DNA from: Phycisphaerales bacterium | GTDB taxonomy: Bacteria; Planctomycetota; Phycisphaerae; Phycisphaerales; SM1A02 | DNA length: 26,712 nt | Direction of reading: 5' to 3' | Assembly (NCBI GenBank): GCA_007135295.1 | Contig: SLJD01000366.1 | Span: forward strand, 1-26,712 | Part shown: piece after piece, positions 7,729 to 16,000 of the stretch | Layout: each line of letters begins with the position of its first letter | Position numbering within the stretch: position 1 is the stretch's first letter | The notes under the pieces: model-generated | What the model was told of the DNA's origin: nothing | The model's input: the letters and a program-made list of their open reading frames with translations, nothing else | The model's database searches: none | Position numbers and translations under genes: made by a program

Positions 7729-7888
7729 ACAGGCAGTATGACACCCCGCCGGTTATCGATGACCTGCACTGAGGCGTCCCGGCGCCTGGGGCGATGCCCG
7801 TGCTCGCTTTTGCCGGCCTTGTCGGCAGCTCCCGGCGCCGGAGCGAATAGATGGACAGGGGGGAGGCAGGGGAGCCCCCCGGCCGGCT

Positions 7889-8848
7889 TCAGGACCGGGA
7901 CGCCTTCGCGGAGTCGATCAGCGATTCCATGGCCTCGACGGTTTCGCGGCGATCGGGGCTGAGGCGCTCGGCCTGCTCTTCGGCGTGGTAGCTGCTGCGC
8001 ACCAGCGGGCCGCTCTCGACGACCTTGAAGCCCCGGCGGAGGCCCTCGACCTTGTACCAGTCGAACTGCTCCGGCGTCACCCACCGGTCGATCGGCAGGT
8101 GGTTGCGTGTCGGCTGGAGATACTGGCCGATCGTGAAGATGTCCGCCTCGGCGGTGTCGCGCAGGTCGTCCATCACTTCGAGCACCTCGTCGTCATGCTC
8201 GCCGATGCCGACCATGATGCTCGTCTTCGAGACCAGCCCCTGATCCTTGATCTGCTTGAGCACCTGCAGTGACCGCTCGTACTTCGCCTGCGGCCGGACG
8301 GTCGGGTGCATCCTTCGAACCGTCTCCATGTTGTGGGAGAGGATCTCCGGCCGGGCGTCGATGACCGTCTGCAGATCGTCCTCATCGCCCTTGAAGTCGC
8401 CGACGAGCACCTCGACGGACATGTCCGGGCAGAGCTTGTGGCACTGGCGGATGGTCTCGGCCCAGATCGCGGCCCCGCCGTCCGGCAGATCGTCGCGGTC
8501 GACGGAGGTGATCACAACGTGTTTGAGGCCCATGAGTTGCAGGGACTCAGCGACGCGGCGGGGCTCGTCCTCGTCGACGGGATCGGGCCGGCCGGTCTTA
8601 ATGTTGCAGAAGCCGCACGACCGGGTGCACGTGTCGCCGAGGATCATGATCGTCGCCGTCCCGCGCGACCAGCATTCGCCCATGTTGGGGCAGGATGCTT
8701 CCTGGCACACCGTATGCAGGTTGTGGGTGTCGATGATGTCCTTGAGGCGGTGGTAGCCCTCGCCGCCGGGCACGCGGGCTCGCAGCCAGTCGGGCTTGCG
8801 GCCGATCTGCAGTTGCTGGGGCTGGCCGCCGTCGTTGTTGAGCACCAT
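7889..8848 (-). CDS. lipA: Lipoyl synthase (radical SAM)
   Basis: [19 protein letters not shown] (CX4CX5C), CTRSCGFC (CX3CX2C), GQYLQP and RSSYHA. The start is uncertain: in-frame alternatives are GTG 8935 and ATG 9001. Confidence 0.95.
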   Translation of the reverse strand: MVLNNDGGQPQQLQIGRKPDWLRARVPGGEGYHRLKDIIDTHNLHTVCQEASCPNMGECWSRGTATIMILGDTCTRSCGFCNIKTGRPDPVDEDEPRRVAESLQLMGLKHVVITSVDRDDLPDGGAAIWAETIRQCHKLCPDMSVEVLVGDFKGDEDDLQTVIDARPEILSHNMETVRRMHPTVRPQAKYERSLQVLKQIKDQGLVSKTSIMVGIGEHDDEVLEVMDDLRDTAEADIFTIGQYLQPTRNHLPIDRWVTPEQFDWYKVEGLRRGFKVVESGPLVRSSYHAEEQAERLSPDRRETVEAMESLIDSAKASRS

Positions 8849-9009
8849 GCCCGTCAGACTGAGTCGGGCCTTGCCGAGATTCCGCGTCGTGTCCCCGCCG
8901 AGCGGCCGGGGGTGCCGGGCGATGGTGCGCTGCACCGCGCGGTTTTCGTATTGAACGGAGAGGGGCGGGGTCGCGGAGGTGGGGCCGTGGCAGGAACTCA
9001 TAGACCCGC

Positions 9010-9015
9010 ATTGTA
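9010..9015 (-). promoter_or_regulatory. Putative -10 (TACAAT) for lipA
   Basis: The minus strand reads TACAAT, then 8 nt, then an in-frame ATG at 9001. Confidence 0.45.
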
Positions 9016-9285
9016 GCCGACTGCGGCGTCTCAGAGGTGGCGCCGGGCGCCGGAAATCGCTGCCGGATCGACCGAGAGGCCGTCGAAAAATCAATTTGTT
9101 CCGGAAAATTCCGTGCCAGCATTCAACCCACCCCGAATAACCGGTCGATCTTGAACAGGCCGTCCAGGTCGGCGGCAGGATGTCCGTCTCATTGGACTGG
9201 CTGTATGTCCGGCAGCAGGTGACAACCGATTCGGTTTCGTGGATGATGTTCCCGGCCGTTGACGACGCCGGTGCATCTGCGAAGA

Positions 9286-9291
9286 TACACT
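9286..9291 (+). promoter_or_regulatory. Putative -10 (TACACT) for the exosortase/EPS operon
   Basis: TAnnnT hexamer about 90 nt upstream of the GTG start. A TTGACG lies at 9259-9264, but the 21-nt spacing is non-canonical. Confidence 0.3.
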
Positions 9292-9379
9292 GCCGCACAG
9301 CGCTGTTGAGGCAGTACTGGTTGGGCGGCGGTGTCTGACCTGATCTCAGGTGCGTGGCAACTGGACGAGGAGAGTTTGG

Positions 9380-10867
9380 GTGAGTCAGTTCAAGCAGGTA
9401 AGACAAGCCACCGTGGTGCGCAGCATCCTCGCGGTCGTCATGATCGCCGTCGCGTCGCAGATGACCGGCTGCGGCCTCCAGAGTTTCATGGATCCGTCCA
9501 AGACGGGTTACTTCAAGGATCAGCCGACGATGGTCCCGATCCTTGACCGCATCGACGTCATCGAGCAGGAAGAGACGCTCTTCCGCCAGACGAGCGAAGT
9601 CACGCGAGAGGACCTGCTGCCCAGCGACCTGACGTACCGGCTCGCTCCGGGCGACTTCGTCACCGTCGAGGTCTTCGAGCTCGAATTCGACAACCAGATG
9701 ACCCAGGCCATGCGGCGGATCGACGCGTCGGGCAACTTCCGACTGCCGGTCGTCGGCGATGTGCCTGCGGCCGGCAAGACGCTGCAGGAGTTCCAGGACG
9801 ACCTCGTCGAGCTCCTCGCTGAGGAAGTCCTCGCCTACCCGCAGGTCACCGTGCAACTCGAAGAGGGCGGGTACTTCCAGTACACCGTCTACGGCAACAC
9901 CCGCGGCCCGGGCGTGTACCAACTGCGCCGGCCGGACTTCCGCCTGCTGGAAGCGCTCGCGACCGCCGGCGGCGTGCCGCCCGACACGCAGACCATCTAT
10001 GTGATTCGGCAGGTGGCGCTTGATGATGAAGTCATCGCCCCGTTTTATCGTGACATGGAGGACCCGGATCGGCCGCGCGACCCTGATGAGCGGCGGCCGG
10101 TCGACATTGATGAACTGATCGATCAGCTTGACGAGGAGCCCCGACCCGGTGCGATGAGCCAAAGCGCCGGCCACGACGATCCGCCGATCGACATCGACGA
10201 CCTTCAGCCGGTCCGCGTAGCCGACGAACCGCCTGTCGATATCGAGGACATGCCCGCGCCGACCCGCCGTGAACGCGACAGCAACTTCGTCTATGACGAA
10301 GAGCGCGGCGAATGGGTCGAAGTCCGGCCCGGCACCGGCGAGGAAGTGGACGAGGACGAAGCCTACGTCGAGCGGATTATCGAGATCCCGTACGACCGGC
10401 TCGAACAGGGCGACAGCCGATACAACATTGTCATCCGCCCGAGCGACAAAATCTTCGTCGAGTTCCCGGAGATGGGCCTCGTGTACGTTGAGGGCGAGGT
10501 TGCCCGCCCGGGTGTGTACAGCCTCGCCCAGGAAGGCGGTCAGAAGCTCACCCTCAGCCGCCTCATCGCAGCGGTCGGCGGGCTCGGCCCGGTGGCGATT
10601 CCCGAGCGGGTGGACCTGACCCGGATGGTCGGCGAGAACCGCGAAGCGACGATCCGCGTGAATCTCGCCGCGATCCGGCAGCGGACCGAGCCGGACATCG
10701 TGCTCAAGCCCAACGATCACATCATTGTCGGCACCTCGTTCGCCGCAACGCCGCTGGCGGTCATTCGCAACGGCTTCCGCGTGAGTTACGGCTTCGGGTT
10801 CCTGCTTGACCGGAACTTCGGCAACGACGTCTTCGGCGCGCCGCCTACGCGTGTCCAGGGGCAGTGA
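9380..10867 (+). CDS. Polysaccharide export (OPX/Wza-like) lipoprotein with Poly_export and SLBB domains, 495 aa
   Basis: GAGGAG Shine-Dalgarno before GTG; signal peptide with lipobox MTGC; [32 protein letters not shown] and GEVARPGVY motifs. Confidence 0.9.
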   Translation: MSQFKQVRQATVVRSILAVVMIAVASQMTGCGLQSFMDPSKTGYFKDQPTMVPILDRIDVIEQEETLFRQTSEVTREDLLPSDLTYRLAPGDFVTVEVFELEFDNQMTQAMRRIDASGNFRLPVVGDVPAAGKTLQEFQDDLVELLAEEVLAYPQVTVQLEEGGYFQYTVYGNTRGPGVYQLRRPDFRLLEALATAGGVPPDTQTIYVIRQVALDDEVIAPFYRDMEDPDRPRDPDERRPVDIDELIDQLDEEPRPGAMSQSAGHDDPPIDIDDLQPVRVADEPPVDIEDMPAPTRRERDSNFVYDEERGEWVEVRPGTGEEVDEDEAYVERIIEIPYDRLEQGDSRYNIVIRPSDKIFVEFPEMGLVYVEGEVARPGVYSLAQEGGQKLTLSRLIAAVGGLGPVAIPERVDLTRMVGENREATIRVNLAAIRQRTEPDIVLKPNDHIIVGTSFAATPLAVIRNGFRVSYGFGFLLDRNFGNDVFGAPPTRVQGQ

Positions 10868-11181
10868 CCCGGGACCGTGTCGGCGGTGGAAAGGATCGGC
10901 CGTCCTGGTCGCCGTATCGAGGCGGGGCGTTTGTCGGCGGCTGGTTCGTTCGTGGTGTCGGTATCGATATCAGGCCATCTTTTTGGCCGGTTGGGGGTTG
11001 GATACAGCGGCCCGCGGGCCGACAATGTGACAAGAATGAACGAACCCCGGTCCGGCCGGGCGACGTAACAGTGCAGCGGATGCGACGTCGGAAGGGCAGG
11101 AGGACAACCTTGCGGTCGCATTCTGTTTGGCTGTCATGAGACAGGCAAACATGGTGTGTTCCGCTGAAGAGGCGGAGAAGG

Positions 11182-12150
11182 TTGGTCGATCAAGAGCTGA
11201 ATATGTCCAGTGAGGCGGTGGAGATCAGCGACCAGGCCGAGTCGGTCCGCGTCAGCGATGCGGACAGGCAGCAGTTGCTGCTCGGCGGTCTGCTGGTCGG
11301 CGCGTGTTTTGTGTTCCTTTTCTGGAATTTTCTCCGCGCCCAATTCAACTTCGCCATCCATCAGCAGGCCGACTGGGGCCACACGCTGATCATTCCGTTT
11401 ATTACCGGCTATTTCGTCTATCTGAAGCGTGAGACGCTGCTGAAGGTGCCGTTCCGGACGAACTGGCTCGGACTCCTGCCGATCATCGTCGGGGCTGGCG
11501 CATACTTTTTCTTCTGGCTCGGTCCGGACGCCTTCATGCACCACAATCTGCAGGGGGCGGCGGTGGCGCTGACGCTGTTCGGCATCGTGCTGACGTTCTT
11601 CGGTACGCGGGCCACGGGGCACTTGCTCTTCCCGCTGGCGTATCTCGCCGTCTTCGGGCAGCGAATCTCCGACCGCCTCATGGGCCTGGTGACGAATGAA
11701 ATGCAGGACATCGCGGCCATCGGGTCGTATTACGTCCTCATCCTGCTCGGATTTACCGTTGAGAAACTGGGCAATGTGCTGGTCGTCGTCGATCAGGCCG
11801 GCGTTGAAAATCCGTTGAACATCGCCGAGGCGTGCTCGGGCATGCGGATGCTCATGGCGTTCCTGGCGCTGGGGGTGTTTATTGCATACACCGGCCTGAG
11901 CCGGTTGTGGCAGCAGGTGGCCCTCGTACTGCTCGCTGTGCCCACCGCTATTTTCGTGAATATCCTGAGGGTGGTGACGCTCGCTTGGCTGAGTCTGTAT
12001 GACACGGACTTTGCGGCCGGCGATTTTCACCATTTTATCGGGCTGGTCTGGCTTGTCCCGGCGCTGTTTATCTATCTCGGGCTGGTGTGGGTCTTGCGGA
12101 ACCTCGTCATCGAGCCGGATGCTCCGACAGCAGGGGGGACGCCATCATGA
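11182..12150 (+). CDS. Exosortase (EpsH/archaeosortase family transpeptidase), not fused to EpsI
   Basis: Multi-pass membrane protein with DWGHTLIIP, catalytic IAEACSG (Cys at 11833), NILR (Arg) and FHH (His). Start is TTG 11182 (GGAG upstream) or ATG 11203. Confidence 0.92.
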   Translation: MVDQELNMSSEAVEISDQAESVRVSDADRQQLLLGGLLVGACFVFLFWNFLRAQFNFAIHQQADWGHTLIIPFITGYFVYLKRETLLKVPFRTNWLGLLPIIVGAGAYFFFWLGPDAFMHHNLQGAAVALTLFGIVLTFFGTRATGHLLFPLAYLAVFGQRISDRLMGLVTNEMQDIAAIGSYYVLILLGFTVEKLGNVLVVVDQAGVENPLNIAEACSGMRMLMAFLALGVFIAYTGLSRLWQQVALVLLAVPTAIFVNILRVVTLAWLSLYDTDFAAGDFHHFIGLVWLVPALFIYLGLVWVLRNLVIEPDAPTAGGTPS

Positions 12151-12210
12151 TCAGCATGAATGGCCCGGCAAGGCAGTGGATCGCGATGCATGCGCGTGTG
12201 AGGACGGATT

Positions 12211-13059
12211 ATGTTTGACAGCAAGGCCAAGTACGCGCTCGTGGCGGTGTGCCTGACGATGCTCGTCAGCGCGATCGGCTTTCAGTCCGTCATCGCGGCT
12301 TTGAATATCTATCTGGCCAAGGAGCCGGTCGAGCTGCGCCAGTCGCTTGGAACGATTCCGCGGCAACTCGGGGAATGGCGGGCCCGGGGAGAGGACGTCG
12401 ACCTTGACGCCGCCATGACCGAGGAACTCGGCACCGAGGATTATCTGACCCGGACATATGTCCGTGAGCGCGACGGCGAAGAGGAAGCTATCATGCTTCA
12501 CCTCGCCTATTACACCGGGCTGATCGACGCCGTCCCCCATGTTCCGGACCGCTGCTTCGTCGCGCACGGCTGGTCGATTTCCGGGCTGCCGCAGAATCTG
12601 GACCTGCCGGTCGATACATCCGGCTGGCGCGACGATGAAGAAAACATGAGCAATGACGGCACGCCGTACCCCGTCATGGACCGGATTGATCCGATCACTC
12701 GCCGGCCGAGCGAAGTGCGTATGCCGATCGGCGATCTGCGGCTGCGCACTTCGGAATTCCGCAATGAACAGAACCCGAACAGTCGGCTGTTCGCCGGCTA
12801 CTTCTTCGTGGCCAACGGCCGGACGACGCCTCAGCCCGAGGCGATCCGGGTCATGGCGTTCAACCGGTCCGAGAAGTACGCCTATTACCTGAAAGTGCAG
12901 GTATCAATGCCGGTCACCGAAGATGTATCTGTGGACGAGTTTCTTGAGCGGTCCGGGGAGTTTATGGACCTGATGCTTCCGGAGATCATGCGATGTCTGC
13001 CCGACTGGGCCGAAGTCGAGCAGGAGGCGGCGCAACAGGCCGAGGTGCAGTCAAGCTGA
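12211..13059 (+). CDS. epsI: Exosortase-associated EpsI family protein
   Basis: N-terminal TM/signal, L.TIPRQLGEW, HVPDRCFVAHGW (the EpsI HxPxxC...GW motif), and position directly after the exosortase. Confidence 0.8.
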   Translation: MFDSKAKYALVAVCLTMLVSAIGFQSVIAALNIYLAKEPVELRQSLGTIPRQLGEWRARGEDVDLDAAMTEELGTEDYLTRTYVRERDGEEEAIMLHLAYYTGLIDAVPHVPDRCFVAHGWSISGLPQNLDLPVDTSGWRDDEENMSNDGTPYPVMDRIDPITRRPSEVRMPIGDLRLRTSEFRNEQNPNSRLFAGYFFVANGRTTPQPEAIRVMAFNRSEKYAYYLKVQVSMPVTEDVSVDEFLERSGEFMDLMLPEIMRCLPDWAEVEQEAAQQAEVQSS

Positions 13060-13072
13060 CGAGAGGGAATCG

Positions 13073-16000
13073 ATGGCGACTCGAATCAATACGCGATTCA
13101 TACTGATACTGGCTTGTGCCATCATGCTCGCGGTCGCGACTGTGGGCGGCCTGCTGTTCCTGCAGATCCGCGCCAATCCCGAACGCAACGTCCAGGCCGG
13201 CGACCACCTCATGGAAGAGGGCGACTACGAGCGCGCGCTCAACATGTACGGCCGGGCGGTTCACCGCGACCCGGCGAACGAGGAATACCGCGAGAAGATG
13301 AAGGAAGCGCTTCGTCACATCCGTCCGACGACGACCGAGTCGGCGGAGCGGTATTACCAGGACAGGCTCGCCCTTCTCAACTATGAAGCCACTCATGATC
13401 GCACGAATCCCGAAGCGCACCTCCGACTGATCCGGGAGTTCTACGACTTCGCCCGGTTCTCCAACAGTTCGAGCATCTGGCGGCAGTTGGCAGATTACGC
13501 CGACAACATGTGGCACCGCCTGCCGGACGACGAGCCGCAGCGCGTTTACGCCCGACTCTACCGGGGCCTGGCGATGTACGAACGCGCCGATGCCAACACG
13601 AGTGATGAAAACGACGCCGCCGAGGAAGATCTCGTCGAATTTCTCGATGCCGTGCCCGATAGCGATTTGGGCTGGTCGCGGCTGATCATGGGCCGCCTGG
13701 CACGGGCGGAGAATTCCCTGGCCCGCGCTGATGCGCGCACCGCGGCCCGCTTTATCGGATTGGCCGACGAAGCGATTGAACAGGGGGCAGAAAACGTCGA
13801 CGACGGCCCGGCGCTCGCCGTTGCCAAGGCCCGCCGGCTGATCTTTCAGCGGAGCCGTGAAGAGCAACCGGTGGCCGATGAGCAATGGGTCGAGGCGGCG
13901 GACCGCATCGCCGTCCGCATCCGCGGAGTTGATGATGGATTTCTCGTCGGCGACGCCGTCGATGTTCTGCGCATAATCGACCGCTCCGAGGGTCTGCAAC
14001 GCGCGGTGGCGATTCTTGATGACTACCTTGAGGATCACCCTGAATCGCTGATGCACGAGTTCAGTGCCGCCCGGCTGGAGTACGCGATGGGCGAGTTCGA
14101 CCCCGCGCGGGAACGCGCCGAGTCACTTGTCCAACGCGACCCGCTGCCTGTCGGTCTGTTCTCACGCGTTCAGCATCACCTGCGGGGTCGGGCGGCGTCG
14201 CTGCTCGTCGACATCGAGTTCCGCCGGTGGGAACTCGCCGACCTCGATGAACGTGACGGTATTGCTGAGCAGTTGCAGGAAGACCGTGACCTGCTCGCCC
14301 AGCACGCCACGCAGCGTGAAGGTGACCCGATCGTCATCCGGGCGGATGGCAAGATCGCCGTCGCGGAGGGACGCTTTGGCGATGCGGCGAGTCACTTCGA
14401 GCGCCTGATTGAGCAGGGGCTGGAAAGCGACATGGACGTGCTTCGCCTCAGCGCGATCTCGCTTGAGCGTGAAGGGCAACTCGGCCTTGCCCGCCGCCGT
14501 ATGGGGCAGGCCTTCCAGCAGAACCCGGGCAACCAGTGGCTCGCGTATCAGTACGCTCGACTTTCCTTCCAGTTGCAGGATTTCGAGGACGCCCAGAGGG
14601 CGATCAGCGTCGTCATGGACGCCAACCCTCACGAGGACGCTGTGGCGCTGCAGCAGGCGATCGAGCAGGCGATGACTGGCGAGGAGGCCGAACCGATCTC
14701 CCTGCCCGGTGTGCTTCGGCAGGCGTACGAGCGTTTTCAGTCCGGCGACGTCAGCGGCGCCCGGGCGATGCTCATGCAGGCGCGGGAGGATTCGCCCGAC
14801 AACGTTGAAGTGGTGGTGGCCCTCGCGCAGCTCTCCATGATGACAGGAGACCTTGAAGCGTCGAGCCGGTTTGTCGAAGAAGGCCTGCAACTCGACTCGG
14901 ACAACGAAACATTGCAGCGGTTCAGCCGGTGGATCGACGCCGACGACCCCGTCGAGCGGATCGAACTGGTTACGGAGTCGCAGTTCGACGATCCGGCTGA
15001 GCAGGACGTCATGACGCTCGTGAATCTCGAGCAGTCCGCCGACCGCTGGCAGCGGCAGTTGCGGGCCGGGCTTGCACCGGACGGGCAGAACCCTGATGAA
15101 CTGCAGGATCAGATTGACCGCGCCCGTCAGCGAGCGGAGTCGATTCTGGCCGAACTTGATGAGGATTCTGCGAATCACCCGCGGCTGATCGAATTCCAGT
15201 TCGAGCGTGCGCTCGAACAGGGCGACTGGTCGGAAGCGCAGTCGCTCGTCGACCGGGCCGAGCAGGCTGACGCCGACGGCGCCGGCGGACTCGTGTACCA
15301 AGGCCGGTTCCAGATGCAGCGCGGTCAGTACGTCGACGCGGTACGCACGTTCATCAGCCTGACCGAGCGGCGCGGCTTTGCCGCCCAGTCATGGCGATGG
15401 CTGGGGATGGCGTACCACGCGGTCGGCAACTACGCCGACGCGGAGCGCGCGTTCGATCGTGCGTTTGAAATCAATCCCAACGATCTGCTGACATTGCAGG
15501 AATACGGCAACATGCTGCTCGGGGCCGGCGACCAGCAGCGGGCGCTCGACCTCATCAGGCGTGCCCGCGACCTCGCGCCGCACAACCCCACCGTCCGGGA
15601 GACGTGGCTGCAGCTTGAAGCCCAGGCCGGTGACCGGTCCCGTGTGCTGCGCGAGCGACGTGAGCTGTTCGAGGCGAACCCAGACAATCGGGAGAACGCG
15701 CTGCGGCTGGCGGACCTCCTGATCTCCACCGAGCCATCGCGACGGCTCGTGCTCGATGACGACGGCTCGCCCCGCTACGACGGTCGTCGGTGGGAGCAGA
15801 TGTCCAGGTCGCGCCGCCAGCAACTGCTCGAAGAGACCGCTCGGCAATGGATCGATGAAGGCAAGCAGATCGTCAACCAGCTTGTTGACGCCGGCTACGA
15901 TGATCTGGACACGCTGAAAATGAAGGCCCGGCTGCTGCGACGCGAAGGCGAGGGCCGGGAAGCGGTCGGTCTGCTTGAAGACGCTGTCGAAAACCGCGAG

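Noticed and set aside
7710-7890. Plus-strand GGGAAAAAGTCGTGCTTCACAGGCAG and CCGGCTTC resembling RNase P RNA motifs
   Set aside because: The two segments cannot form the P4 helix, and they are only ~170 nt apart, too short for RNase P RNA.
9104-9118. Sigma54-like TGGCAC-N5-TTTC on the minus strand
   Set aside because: The invariant -12 GC is TC, and it faces lipA rather than the EPS operon, so it does not support PrsR-type control.
7889-10720. 943-aa minus-strand ORF suggesting a giant LipA fusion
   Set aside because: Only the last ~320 aa are LipA. The rest is the antisense shadow of the OPX gene plus intergenic DNA, kept open by GC-rich codon bias.
10868-11181. Small ORFs and an ops/JUMPstart- or CRP-like site in the gap between OPX and exosortase
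   Set aside because: Matches are partial only (GGCGGTGG; TGTGA half-site) and the overlapping short ORFs lack RBS or motifs. The gap may hold an internal promoter, but none could be defined.
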